From the IMG/VR virus record IMGVR_UViG_3300029288_000059, positions 161,237-225,236 of that record: a stretch of 64,000 nt of DNA, one strand, 5' to 3'. The notes below the pieces were generated by a model. The model saw only the letters and a list, made by a program, of their open reading frames with translations, ran no database searches and was not told the DNA's origin. This document shows, one piece after another, positions 1-10,215 of this stretch. Origin of the DNA: a virus. Lineage: Duplodnaviria; Heunggongvirae; Uroviricota; Caudoviricetes. The translations under genes and the position numbers were made by a program. Each line of letters starts with the position of its first letter. Positions within the stretch are counted from its first letter, which is position 1.

Positions 1-15
1 CCTATAAACCTTCGT

Positions 16-228
16 ATGTTAGATGATATTGTAATAGAATTAAATGATACTATTGTACGTCATTCTAAGAAATCGTTTTACGATAGAAGCACCGTAAATT
101 CAATAATATCAGTTCATGCCTTGTTAAAGAACATAAACGATGTAGCCATTGTAAAACGCTATGTCGAAGTATACAAGACAACTCCTCATCAAGTAGCGAT
201 ATCATATGCTAAAAAAGGATTGTTGTAA
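16..228 (+). CDS. hypothetical protein (may extend 5' of the window)
   Basis: ORF with phage-like codon usage; no motif recognised. Confidence 0.5.
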   Translation: MLDDIVIELNDTIVRHSKKSFYDRSTVNSIISVHALLKNINDVAIVKRYVEVYKTTPHQVAISYAKKGLL

Positions 229-273
229 TGAATATGGGTTCATGTTAATTTAGGTTTAACAATAGGAGTTACC

Positions 274-963
274 ATGGAATTTATATTACAACATAGTTTT
301 CCCGAGTTTGATTTTGAATATCTCATATTTGAATCACAACGTTACATGAAATGGTACGATGGGACTGACATAACTATAATATATGATAATCCTACTAGTA
401 AATCATGTCCTATTGGCTCGGTAGAATATGTTGTTAATTTTTATAAACAACATTACGGCGTTAGTATAAAACCTAAGAATATCCCAAAGACGTTTTTAAC
501 TGAACCACTATTTCTTAATAGACAAGTATCATTCATTGCAGACTTTGATGTAAATCAGTCTGAGATTTGCCATGTGAAGAATAATGAAACGATTAAAGGG
601 GAACTTGATTTAGATAATCCAATTGGTATTGAAGTCCAAGTATCCGAATATATTAGTGACATTGAATCCGAATGGAGGGCTTTTGTTTTTAATAACAAAA
701 TGGTTGGTTTACATAATTACTCGGGTGATTTCACATTAATGCCCAATGTTAAAGTGATAGAAGACATGATTGAGTCTTATAAGAATGAAGCACCAATCTC
801 TTATACGTTAGATGTGATGGTTCATAATAGTAAAACATCATTAGTTGAAATCCATGACTTCTTTTCATGTGGACTATATGGGTTTAGTGATACTAGGATT
901 TATCCAATAATGCTCTATCGTTGGTTTCATAATTTCACTAAGAACTTGACATTCCATCAATGA
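274..963 (+). CDS. ATP-grasp domain protein (DUF4343-like)
   Basis: SEWRAFVFNNK..G...Y.GD, YTLDV, LVEIHDFFSCGLYG motifs; GGAG SD upstream. Confidence 0.75.
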   Translation: MEFILQHSFPEFDFEYLIFESQRYMKWYDGTDITIIYDNPTSKSCPIGSVEYVVNFYKQHYGVSIKPKNIPKTFLTEPLFLNRQVSFIADFDVNQSEICHVKNNETIKGELDLDNPIGIEVQVSEYISDIESEWRAFVFNNKMVGLHNYSGDFTLMPNVKVIEDMIESYKNEAPISYTLDVMVHNSKTSLVEIHDFFSCGLYGFSDTRIYPIMLYRWFHNFTKNLTFHQ

Positions 964-974
964 ACTGTTAATGT
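946..974 (+). promoter_or_regulatory. sigma70-like promoter
   Basis: TTGACA-N17-TAATGT directly upstream of the 995 ORF. Confidence 0.6.
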
Positions 975-994
975 TGGTTTCCAATTAGGAACGA

Positions 995-1810
995 GTGAAC
1001 ATGACATTTAAGAATTTTCGTATACTAGATAATCCAACGTGTTATAAGGCATATACAATTCTCCCTATGGATGAGTTATTTGGTACCCATACTACTGATA
1101 CATTAACAACAGAACAATTACCTGCTTTCGGTATATTGAATTATAATCGTATATCGTTAACCGTGAATGGTGATATTAAAACTAGAGCAATCATTAATAC
1201 AAAAGAGTTGAATATCATAGTAAGGTGTGATGTTACGATACATATTAATAAGTTGGTGTGTGAAAAGTTAGTCATTACATCGTCTAGTAGAAATCATGCA
1301 GTTAATCTAATACTTGATGAGACGGACATTAAGAACATTAATATATCATGTGACTGTATCATTAACAGCACCATTAAATGCACTAAGGTACATATTACTA
1401 GTGCCACTAAACGATTTAAAGGGCTTGAATATTTAACTTGTAATAGTATGGAAATTGTTGATTCCAAGTTAGATAACGTATGTTTAAATGTTAATCAAAA
1501 GATAACAATATCACATTCAGATATTAAACAATTAACTGTTACTTCTATCTCGTTCACATCACATCATTCTTATTTAGGTAACTTTAAGAGTGACTGCACT
1601 AAGTGTACAATTAAGTATGGCTCATGTGACGTAATTGATTTAACTTGTAGTAATTCGTTCTATGCACAAAAGTTCACAATGAAAGAAATTATAAAGTTGG
1701 ATGTAGTAAAGACTATTGAATTCGTAGGTATGGAATTAACCGATGAACAAACTCAACAATTAAGAGATAATAAAGTTGAATCATTCTTTTGGGATATATG
1801 CGGAGTATGA
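995..1810 (+). CDS. beta-solenoid-like paralog family protein
   Basis: Ile/Asn/Thr/Cys-rich short beta-strand periodicity; C-terminal FFWDI motif. Confidence 0.55.
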   Translation: MNMTFKNFRILDNPTCYKAYTILPMDELFGTHTTDTLTTEQLPAFGILNYNRISLTVNGDIKTRAIINTKELNIIVRCDVTIHINKLVCEKLVITSSSRNHAVNLILDETDIKNINISCDCIINSTIKCTKVHITSATKRFKGLEYLTCNSMEIVDSKLDNVCLNVNQKITISHSDIKQLTVTSISFTSHHSYLGNFKSDCTKCTIKYGSCDVIDLTCSNSFYAQKFTMKEIIKLDVVKTIEFVGMELTDEQTQQLRDNKVESFFWDICGV

Positions 1811-2559
1811 CAATGGAACCTATAAAGACGGTCAATTCGAAATATACACTAAACAATGATGTATTAACCAAGGAAGAATATAGTTATACTCCTATGTGTA
1901 TGACGTTTGATGATATTGATGAAGATGTTTGTATTGAGGATGAATTTTCATCACCACTAAACATAATTGCTAAGAACATAAGATATGACATAAAGTCACT
2001 ATATAGTTGTGCAAATTTAACAGCAACGGATAAGATTATAATCAAAGACAAGTATAAATATCATTTGTCGGGTAAGATTGTGTGTGATGAGTTATACATC
2101 ACAATTAATCATCGAGTCACCGTTATGGGACAAGTAATCGTTAATAAGTTAATACTCAATAAAGATGGACATTACGAAGTTAGTGATGACAATAGTTCAA
2201 TCTTTAATAACATTGGTGATATGTATGCTAAATCTGTTATTGTTCGTTCGGTTGATTTAATCCCGTCAATATCAGAAATTAAGACGGTTGAAATGTTAGT
2301 AATCGAGAATTGTACTGTATCCGGGCATACACTTAATACAACAATACCAACGATAATGTTTAAAGATTGTGAACTGATTGGAACAATCTCTTTTATATAT
2401 CCCTGTAATGTGTTAATATCTCATTGTTCATTTAGAGGAATGGAGTTAATGTTTCCAATGGGTAATTCAACAGTAAGTATGGATAAATGTGATACATCTA
2501 AGATTAAAATTATTAACGGAACATTATGTGAGGATTATAATGAAAAAGTTACCATTTAA
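1807..2559 (+). CDS. beta-solenoid-like paralog family protein
   Basis: Same composition and periodicity as the upstream ORF; start placed at MTMEP. Confidence 0.5.
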   Translation: MTMEPIKTVNSKYTLNNDVLTKEEYSYTPMCMTFDDIDEDVCIEDEFSSPLNIIAKNIRYDIKSLYSCANLTATDKIIIKDKYKYHLSGKIVCDELYITINHRVTVMGQVIVNKLILNKDGHYEVSDDNSSIFNNIGDMYAKSVIVRSVDLIPSISEIKTVEMLVIENCTVSGHTLNTTIPTIMFKDCELIGTISFIYPCNVLISHCSFRGMELMFPMGNSTVSMDKCDTSKIKIINGTLCEDYNEKVTI

Positions 2560-3103
2560 GTATACATTGGCAGGACTATTATTAAAAGACCGTTCATATA
2601 AAGAAGCTGAAATCATCTATAACTATAAAGGCTATGAACGTGATATAAAATTATGGGAACTATGTGAATTACCCCCTAATGACAAAGAGATTAAACGTTT
2701 AGATATAGAATTGTTGTATAATAAGATTACACACGATGAACACAGTAAGGCAGTCTATTCACATAATGATAAGTTTTGGGCTAAAGTCATTATGGTAGTA
2801 GAGGGTGACGATGTTAAACAAACGTTTGATGTTAATGAAAAGTTTCTTAATAAGTTAGAATCAACGTATGGTGTTAATCTCACTTCCGAACAATTAGTTG
2901 CTAAATGGTTAAGTGATGCAACTCGTTATAATGATAAGGATTGGATTAATGAGATGGAACATGATGAACCCCATTATAATGAATTAACAAATATGAGTAG
3001 TAATCCACAAGTGAAAACTATTAAGTTAAGTGAATATGTCGATATGGATTCTAAAATTAATGAAGATAAGGCTAATAAACATTTAAAAGCTAGGGGTAAA
3101 TAA
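2540..3103 (+). CDS. conserved jumbo-phage hypothetical protein upstream of RNase H
   Basis: GAGG SD before ATG 2540; stop overlaps rnh start (TAATG). Confidence 0.55.
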   Translation: MKKLPFKYTLAGLLLKDRSYKEAEIIYNYKGYERDIKLWELCELPPNDKEIKRLDIELLYNKITHDEHSKAVYSHNDKFWAKVIMVVEGDDVKQTFDVNEKFLNKLESTYGVNLTSEQLVAKWLSDATRYNDKDWINEMEHDEPHYNELTNMSSNPQVKTIKLSEYVDMDSKINEDKANKHLKARGK

Positions 3104-4125
3104 TGAGTACATTTTTAATTGTTGATGTAATGAATGTATTGTTTCGAGCCAAATTCGCTACGAATGAAAAAGACCCACAAATGGTAGCAGGGTTAACATT
3201 ACATATAATGTTTAAAATATTAATGAGGTCATCTAACTTACTAGGTGTTGACCATATCGTATTTTGCTTTGAAGGTAAATCTTGGCGTCATAAAGTATAT
3301 CCTCAATATAAAGCACATCGAAAAATCGAACGTTTAAAGCTGACGGATGAAGAGATAGAAGCAGAAGAGAATATGTTTAAGATGTTTGAGGAGTTTCAAA
3401 CATTTTTAACTACTACTAATGTAACAGTACTACAACACCCTGAAGCAGAAGCCGATGATTTAATATGTAGATTTATTGCAACCCATCCTAATGATAACCA
3501 CGTTATTTGTTCTAGTGATGCGGACTTTGTCCAGTTAATTAGTGATAATGTTAAGATATTCGATGGCGTTAGAGATGTTATAATATCTAAGGACGGAGTT
3601 AAGGATTCATCAGGTAAGTTTATTGAGTTTTCTCTTAACAACGATGGTAGAATTAAAGTAGGTAAAAAAGTAATAACAGGGAAAACACTTCCTAGGGAAG
3701 ATTGGATCGAGTATGGGTTATTTGCTAAATGTGTGCGTGGGGATAAAGGTGACAATATATTCCCTGCTTATCCAGGTGTTAGACAAACATCTAAGAAAGC
3801 TATTGGTATTAATGAAGCATGGGACGATAGGGACAATCAAGGGTTTAGTTGGAATAACTTTATGAAATCTAAATGGGTCGACCATTTAGAACAAGAACAT
3901 CAAGTTGGGACTGACTTCCAACGAAATAAGTTATTAATAGACATGAATATGATTCCTGATGAATATAAAGCCAAATTTGATAGTTACATTACATCCTCCC
4001 CACATAAAAGTAATGGACGTATTGGTATATTACTGATGCAATTTTGTGGTAAGTATGAGTTAAAAGATATTATTGACAGCAGTCATATATACAGTTTACT
4101 ATTGTCGAAATCATTACCAGTATAG
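3103..4125 (+). CDS. rnh: T4-like RNase H / 5'-3' exonuclease
   Basis: LIVDVMN, FCFEGKSWR, YKAHR, EADD, SSDADF, GDKGDNI motifs of the FEN/PIN family. Confidence 0.92.
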   Translation: MSTFLIVDVMNVLFRAKFATNEKDPQMVAGLTLHIMFKILMRSSNLLGVDHIVFCFEGKSWRHKVYPQYKAHRKIERLKLTDEEIEAEENMFKMFEEFQTFLTTTNVTVLQHPEAEADDLICRFIATHPNDNHVICSSDADFVQLISDNVKIFDGVRDVIISKDGVKDSSGKFIEFSLNNDGRIKVGKKVITGKTLPREDWIEYGLFAKCVRGDKGDNIFPAYPGVRQTSKKAIGINEAWDDRDNQGFSWNNFMKSKWVDHLEQEHQVGTDFQRNKLLIDMNMIPDEYKAKFDSYITSSPHKSNGRIGILLMQFCGKYELKDIIDSSHIYSLLLSKSLPV

Positions 4126-4134
4126 GTTAGTTAT

Positions 4135-4692
4135 ATGCAAGCGAGACAATTAGTATTAAAGACTTTTATATTGTCATCCAATACCAATCAAGATATGGGA
4201 ATCCTTATATTAGGTGATGATGTGAAGTTGTTATGTAAGGATTCACTTACTACGTATTCAACATTAGAAGAGTTAGAATCTACATTAGGTAAAGTTGAAT
4301 TCAAATATAATGAGGATAGTAAAGAAGTCACTAAACTTTATATTGAAGGGTATCCGATAAAACACCTATCTTACTATAACGTGGAACATACAGATAGTTA
4401 TATAACTTATACAGTCACAGAACATTCAAATATTAAGTATGTGGCTGGTTATGTAGGTGTAAGTTTATCCGATTCATATATGCATATGATATTGTTAAGC
4501 ATTAAGGAAAGTACGTTTCTTAATGTAACCAATAATTGTATTGGTCCCTTTAAGACCTCAGAAGAAGGTCAATCACTAGCTAAATCAAAATGGATGACAC
4601 GCAATGGTAATGAATCAGTTTCGGAAGTTATTAGCCAAAGTAAATCTGGCAAAGGAAAGCGGCTCAAAGGAAATAAGACTGACATTGAGTGA
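4135..4692 (+). CDS. conserved phage hypothetical protein
   Basis: YVAGY...IGPFKT..E pattern; lies in the operon between rnh and dNMP kinase. Confidence 0.55.
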   Translation: MQARQLVLKTFILSSNTNQDMGILILGDDVKLLCKDSLTTYSTLEELESTLGKVEFKYNEDSKEVTKLYIEGYPIKHLSYYNVEHTDSYITYTVTEHSNIKYVAGYVGVSLSDSYMHMILLSIKESTFLNVTNNCIGPFKTSEEGQSLAKSKWMTRNGNESVSEVISQSKSGKGKRLKGNKTDIE

Positions 4693-4828
4693 GTTGGATT
4701 TATTAGTATCTGAAATCACAGAAGAACTAATTAACTCACATGAAAGACAGAATGAATTAATCTTATTACTAAAGAGTAAAGTTAATGCTAATGTTTCAAA
4801 CACAAAAATAAGTGGGGGTACATTCTAA
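4604..4828 (+). CDS. small hypothetical protein
   Basis: ORF translationally coupled to dNMP kinase; ends ISGGTF. Confidence 0.55.
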   Translation: MVMNQFRKLLAKVNLAKESGSKEIRLTLSELDLLVSEITEELINSHERQNELILLLKSKVNANVSNTKISGGTF

Positions 4829-5451
4829 TGATAATTGGTGTTACGGGTCTTATAGGAAGTGGCAAGAATACTATTTCAAAATACCTAGTAGGAAAGTATG
4901 GATTCATTAACTTTTCATTCGCAGGAGTATTAAAAGATGTATGTTCTGTATTATTTGGGTGGCAACGATATCTATTAGAGGGTGATACAGAAGAGTCACG
5001 TATGTTTAGAGAAACGGTTGATGATTATTGGTCAAAGAAATTACATATACCTAACTTCACACCAAGATTAGCATTACAATTAGTTGGTACTAATTGTTTA
5101 AGAAAAGGTTTAAGTGAAGATATTTGGGTGTCTGCATTAGAACGTAGAATTAATAATTTACCTAAAGATAAAAATGTTGTGATTAGTGATGTTAGATTTC
5201 CCAATGAATTAAAGATGATTCATTCGAATGGTTTCATTATACGATGTATTCGTGAATTACCCGAATGGTGGGATGATGCCGAACATCTTAACGTATGTGG
5301 ATTAAAAAGTATTCCTCCCGTATTAGAAACGATACATGAAAGTGAATGGAAATGGATAGGTATAGACTACCCCCGAAATATTATTTCTAATACTGGAACA
5401 CTAGAAGATTTATATAATAACGTTGATACTATTATAGGGAATACATTATGA
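4828..5451 (+). CDS. deoxynucleoside monophosphate kinase (T4 gp1-like)
   Basis: IIGVTGLIGSGK P-loop, FAGVLKD, RLALQLVGT, ISDVRFPNE. Confidence 0.9.
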   Translation: MIIGVTGLIGSGKNTISKYLVGKYGFINFSFAGVLKDVCSVLFGWQRYLLEGDTEESRMFRETVDDYWSKKLHIPNFTPRLALQLVGTNCLRKGLSEDIWVSALERRINNLPKDKNVVISDVRFPNELKMIHSNGFIIRCIRELPEWWDDAEHLNVCGLKSIPPVLETIHESEWKWIGIDYPRNIISNTGTLEDLYNNVDTIIGNTL

Positions 5452-6311
5452 TGCAAGGTTCTGTTACGTGCCACAAAGACGGTAGAATCCATCGTGTGAT
5501 TGATTATGACTTTAATGAACTAGTATCATTACAATTACCCGAATCCGATATTATATTACATGGACCTATTAGTGAATCCATTTATAATCAAGATATCCAA
5601 GGTAAGAAGATTGATATTAGCATCCCCGTATATTCTGCAGGTAACATAAGCGGTAATACTATACGTCTAAACAATAGAAATTACTGTACTGGTATTACAA
5701 GACAAGGTATTATAAATGCCGAATATATTGAGATTGATATAGCGTACACATCAGTTAATACTTTTAAATGTAAAGAACTACAATGTGCAACACTACAAAC
5801 CAATAGTACAATATCAGTATCTAATGTTACTCATATAAATCATTTAATTATGAATGAATGTAATAATCAAACGTGTTTAGAACTAATTGATATGTTCACT
5901 CCCGACCGTGTTAGTATTCATGCTACTGATACATTCGATATTAATATTGATGATAAAACATTAAATTTAGAACTGTCAGGGCACCCCGATGTATATTGTG
6001 GTATTACAGGGAAGATTGACACAACAACGGCTAACTGTAAATTAGTCGACATTCGTAGTTTAAATAATGTTAATATTACCTCATTAAGAAATACTACTAT
6101 TGATAATTGTAGTTTTGATACAGATGATGGAACTCCTTACTCCCTAGATATAGTGACAGATACATTATTCTTACGAAATACAACCATTAGCAGACTAAAT
6201 AGCTTAGTCGCTAAACACGTCTTTATAGATAAACGTTGTCACTTATCGGATTCTGTTATTGATGTATTGAGGGCGTGTACGAATACTGATGTTGAATGGG
6301 AATTATCATAA
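5448..6311 (+). CDS. beta-solenoid-like paralog family protein
   Basis: Family composition; C-terminal DVEWELS. Confidence 0.55.
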   Translation: MMQGSVTCHKDGRIHRVIDYDFNELVSLQLPESDIILHGPISESIYNQDIQGKKIDISIPVYSAGNISGNTIRLNNRNYCTGITRQGIINAEYIEIDIAYTSVNTFKCKELQCATLQTNSTISVSNVTHINHLIMNECNNQTCLELIDMFTPDRVSIHATDTFDINIDDKTLNLELSGHPDVYCGITGKIDTTTANCKLVDIRSLNNVNITSLRNTTIDNCSFDTDDGTPYSLDIVTDTLFLRNTTISRLNSLVAKHVFIDKRCHLSDSVIDVLRACTNTDVEWELS

Positions 6312-7901
6312 ATGCCATCATGTGATTTAAATATACTCGATGAGATAAATGTTCGATTTGATGGTTTGGATACTGATACAAGACGATTATGTAAACAAGC
6401 ATTAGAAGTATTCAACCCTGCCGCCCGTTTCTCAAAAGCCTATAAATTAGGACAATGGAATGGTAAAGTCGGATATTTTGATTTAGGTGGACATACTTAT
6501 ATAAATGTATTAGACCGTGTCATTCCTATTCTTGAAAAGAAAAACTATGATATTAATATTATCGATAGTAGAAAGAATTGGAATTTTAAATTTGATGATA
6601 TTGATGAGAACTTTCTAGCGGATAAGTGTTGGCCTAAGGGACATCGATTTGAAGGCCAACCTATTATCTTGAATGAACATCAAGTCTGTGCTGTTAATAA
6701 TATGTTAGGTAATACACAATGCCTTATTGAAGCAGCTACGTCTGCTGGTAAGACGGCTATTTGTGCTGCATTAGCCAGAAAAGTATCACAATACGGTAGA
6801 ATAATAATGGTTGTGCCTAACGTAGACCTAATAACACAAACGTATGCATTATTTAATGATGTATTAGGTATCGATACTGGTGTATTTCACGGGACAAAAA
6901 AGGAATTACATCATCACGCTACGATATGTACTTGGCAATCAATTAATTGTTTAGATAAACGTACTAAACAACCTAAAGCTAAAAAGGTTGTGACTGCCAA
7001 TCTTAAAAAGTCTAAGAAACCACCTAGTGCCAAAGCATTAGCTAAGATGGAATTGAGTGAATTAGAAGTAGATACGTTTCTAAAGGACGTTGTTGCAGTT
7101 ATTTGTGATGAGGCACATACTTTATCGGGGGCAGTATTACAATATCTTATGTCTAATCCATTTAAGAATGTACCCATACGTTGGGGTATGTCGGGTACAA
7201 TACCCAAGAATAAAGACGAGTTCATACCCTTATTAATCTCAACGGGTCACGTCAAGTATCGTATTACGGCTAATGAATTACAGAAGAAAGAAATCTTATC
7301 TAATTGTCATATTAAAGTATTATCACTAAAGGATGATACCGTATTTCAAAAGACCGACGATGATGAATTCGGGTATCATACGGAAATGCAATATTTAGAA
7401 GGACATCGTCTACGTAATCGCTATATAGCCCTGCTTGTAAGGGCAATTGCATCTACGGGTAATACATTACTACTATTAAATAGAATCGCTATGGGTAAGG
7501 AAATAACAAACTATTTGACGGACTTAGATGCAGTTTTTATACACGGGGCAGTAGATACATCAGTACGTAAAGATGAATATGATGATGTTAATGTTTCGGA
7601 AAATAAAGTTTTAATTGCAACTTATGGTGTAGCCGCTGTTGGGTTAGATATACCACGTATCAAGAACTTAATATTAGTCGATGCCGGGACTTCGTTTAGA
7701 CGTGTAATTCAGAGTATTGGGCGAGGATTAAGAAAGAGTTATGATAAGGACTTTGTTGATATATGTGATATCCATTCAACAACCCGTCACTCATTAAAAC
7801 AAATGAAAACACGTATTAAGTTTTATAAAGAAGCCAAGTACCCCTACGAAATTATAACAATTCCTGATTGGGAAGAATCTGTCATAGACCTTAAAAAATA
7901 A
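6312..7901 (+). CDS. uvsW: UvsW-like SF2 DNA helicase
   Basis: ATSAGKT Walker A, DEAH, SGT, QSIGRGLR motifs. Confidence 0.92.
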   Translation: MPSCDLNILDEINVRFDGLDTDTRRLCKQALEVFNPAARFSKAYKLGQWNGKVGYFDLGGHTYINVLDRVIPILEKKNYDINIIDSRKNWNFKFDDIDENFLADKCWPKGHRFEGQPIILNEHQVCAVNNMLGNTQCLIEAATSAGKTAICAALARKVSQYGRIIMVVPNVDLITQTYALFNDVLGIDTGVFHGTKKELHHHATICTWQSINCLDKRTKQPKAKKVVTANLKKSKKPPSAKALAKMELSELEVDTFLKDVVAVICDEAHTLSGAVLQYLMSNPFKNVPIRWGMSGTIPKNKDEFIPLLISTGHVKYRITANELQKKEILSNCHIKVLSLKDDTVFQKTDDDEFGYHTEMQYLEGHRLRNRYIALLVRAIASTGNTLLLLNRIAMGKEITNYLTDLDAVFIHGAVDTSVRKDEYDDVNVSENKVLIATYGVAAVGLDIPRIKNLILVDAGTSFRRVIQSIGRGLRKSYDKDFVDICDIHSTTRHSLKQMKTRIKFYKEAKYPYEIITIPDWEESVIDLKK

Positions 7902-7968
7902 TAATGACAAACATATAATTTCAACTATACTACATGAAGTATTTAATATTAATTAAGGAACGATTATT

Positions 7969-8649
7969 ATGTCAATGTCGGAAACAATACGTAATAGAAT
8001 AATTCAATCTAATGGTAAATACTTTGCTAATGATAATATTAGTGAATATATACATGATGGTGAGTTAGAACTATTACAGATGGAACTTGCAGGTAAATAC
8101 AAAGAACTTATGGAAACTATGTTAATTGACGTAGAACATGACCATAATTCTAATGGTACCCCCGAACGTGTTGCTAAGATGATTATTAATGAAATTTACT
8201 TCGGACGTTACAAGAAAGAACCGAAAGTAACTGAGTTTCCGAATGTTTCAAGTTTAGACCAATTATATATGTCAACAGGTACAGTTAAATCTGCGTGTAG
8301 TCATCATCATGTTCCTATTATTGGTAAATTTTGGGTTGGTATCTTGCCGGGTGAGAATGTGGTTGGTTTATCTAAAATTAATCGATTAGCTGAATGGATT
8401 ATGAGACGTCCTCAAATCCAAGAAGAATCTACTGTACAATTAGCCGATAAACTGGAAGAGTTATTAAAACCAAAAGCATTAGGTGTAGTAGTTAGAGCCA
8501 AGCATTTGTGTGTTAGTATGCGTGGTGTTCAAGATTCAAATACTATTATGACTACATCAGTACAACGTGGATTGATGAAAACTGATAATGACTTAGCAAG
8601 AGAATTCTATTCATTCGTACAAATGAATAATAATACTGATGAAATCTAA
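7969..8649 (+). CDS. folE: GTP cyclohydrolase I
   Basis: TPERVAKM, SACSHHHVP, GLSKINR, RPQIQE, HLCVSMRGV. Confidence 0.95.
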   Translation: MSMSETIRNRIIQSNGKYFANDNISEYIHDGELELLQMELAGKYKELMETMLIDVEHDHNSNGTPERVAKMIINEIYFGRYKKEPKVTEFPNVSSLDQLYMSTGTVKSACSHHHVPIIGKFWVGILPGENVVGLSKINRLAEWIMRRPQIQEESTVQLADKLEELLKPKALGVVVRAKHLCVSMRGVQDSNTIMTTSVQRGLMKTDNDLAREFYSFVQMNNNTDEI

Positions 8650-8663
8650 TAGGAGTTAATATA

Positions 8664-9128
8664 ATGGTTAATAAGTTGTATTATACCGACAAGGAAATGA
8701 AGAGTGATTTACAAACTATCTGTCGGGATATGTTAGTTAATAACTATAATCCTGATTATATTATTGGTGTTACTCGTGGTGGGTTAGTACCATCTGTGCT
8801 AATTAGTGAGTTCTTAGATAAACCATTATTAACCATTTCCTGCTCTACTCGTTCATTTCAACACGAAGTTGATATTAGTAATGTTATTAACAATTATGAA
8901 CAGGATAAGAAATACTTAATTGTTGATGATATCGTTGATTCGGGTGATACAATGAGTATTATCTTTAATAAATTGGAAGAACAGTTTGGGACAAGTTCAC
9001 AATTCAAGACGGCTTGTTTATTTTATAATACTGCACAACCCAATCACACTCCTACTTTTTATGCAAGAGAGTTGAATCGATTTGAGTTTAGTGATTGGAT
9101 TGTATTCCCGTTTGAAAAGTGGTGGTAA
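8664..9128 (+). CDS. type I phosphoribosyltransferase (Gpt-like)
   Basis: GVTRGGLVP, PRPP-binding LIVDDIVDSGDT, WIVFPFE. Confidence 0.88.
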   Translation: MVNKLYYTDKEMKSDLQTICRDMLVNNYNPDYIIGVTRGGLVPSVLISEFLDKPLLTISCSTRSFQHEVDISNVINNYEQDKKYLIVDDIVDSGDTMSIIFNKLEEQFGTSSQFKTACLFYNTAQPNHTPTFYARELNRFEFSDWIVFPFEKWW

Positions 9129-9132
9129 TAAG

Positions 9133-9987
9133 ATGGAACATAATATGTATACAGTAACTGAGTTATTTGGGCCTTGTGCTCAAGGTGAAGGTAGATATGT
9201 TGGTGCACCAAGTATCTTTTTAAGATTGTTTGGTTGTAACTTACAATGTCAAGGTTTTGGTATGCCTAAGGGTGAACTATCACACGAGCGTGATTTAGTG
9301 GCTAATAACGGACTCACTTATGACACGGTTGATTCATTACCATTAGTTCGTACTGGGTGTGATAGTTATGCAGCATGGGATACAAGATTCAAATACCTAT
9401 CTAAACAATATACTATACAAGAATTGGTAGATAAGATTAAGAGTATGCTCCCTAACGGTTCATTCCAACAAACAACTAATAACAATATTCATTTAGTTAT
9501 AACAGGGGGTGAATCACTACTCCCACATTGGCAAAAGAATCATTGTGAGTTCATACATGAATTAAGACGTCAATTAAACTTAAAATATCTTACATTTGAA
9601 ACTAACGGAACTCAAGTTCTAAGTGAAGAATTAACAGATGTATTAAATTTAGTTAGTGATGTTACATTCTCAGTATCACCCAAACTATCAGCTAGTGGTG
9701 AACCACGTAACAAAACCATCAAAAAAGAAGCCATTAACTCTTATTTTAAATGTATCGGCACAACGTATCTTAAGTTTGTTGTTGGTGATGAAAGTAACTT
9801 TGATGAAGTTGAAGACGTACTTAATGAATTAGAATACTTAGGTGATGTATTCATTATGCCAGTTGGTGGTTGTTATGATGAATATAAGAAGATTGCGCCT
9901 ATTATTTGTGACTTATGTATGAAAAAAGGGTATAGATATACTCCACGATTACATATTGATTTATTTGGTAATTGTTGGGGTAAATAA
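9133..9987 (+). CDS. queE: 7-carboxy-7-deazaguanine synthase (radical SAM)
   Basis: ELF...QGEGRYVGAPSIFLRLFGCNLQC...GCDS, VITGGE, FETNGT, SVSPKL, PRLHIDLFG. Confidence 0.92.
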   Translation: MEHNMYTVTELFGPCAQGEGRYVGAPSIFLRLFGCNLQCQGFGMPKGELSHERDLVANNGLTYDTVDSLPLVRTGCDSYAAWDTRFKYLSKQYTIQELVDKIKSMLPNGSFQQTTNNNIHLVITGGESLLPHWQKNHCEFIHELRRQLNLKYLTFETNGTQVLSEELTDVLNLVSDVTFSVSPKLSASGEPRNKTIKKEAINSYFKCIGTTYLKFVVGDESNFDEVEDVLNELEYLGDVFIMPVGGCYDEYKKIAPIICDLCMKKGYRYTPRLHIDLFGNCWGK

Positions 9988-10008
9988 CAGATTACAACGG
10001 GGATTAAA

Positions 10009-10215
10009 TTGAACGGAATAAGTAGATGAATACGTCAGTTGATATGCAATTTTAGATAATTGTTAAAGCCATCCTTCCCGTTGTGCTTCGCTTATCGGGA
10101 GCTAATATCAACAATTCTACAATTTACCTATTGACAGTCACCTAAACCAATACATTATTAACCTTGTATTGTTTTAAGTTTATTTGGAGATGGGGACTGT
10201 AAACTCCCATCACTT
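10009..10215 (-). ncRNA. candidate omega (re)RNA / right end of the TnpB element
   Basis: Hairpin GATGGGAGTTTACAGTCCCCATC in the tnpB 3' end; AATTGTT..TCCCG..CGGGA..AACAATT stem downstream; TTCAA end motif at 10009-10013; boundary uncertain. Confidence 0.4.
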
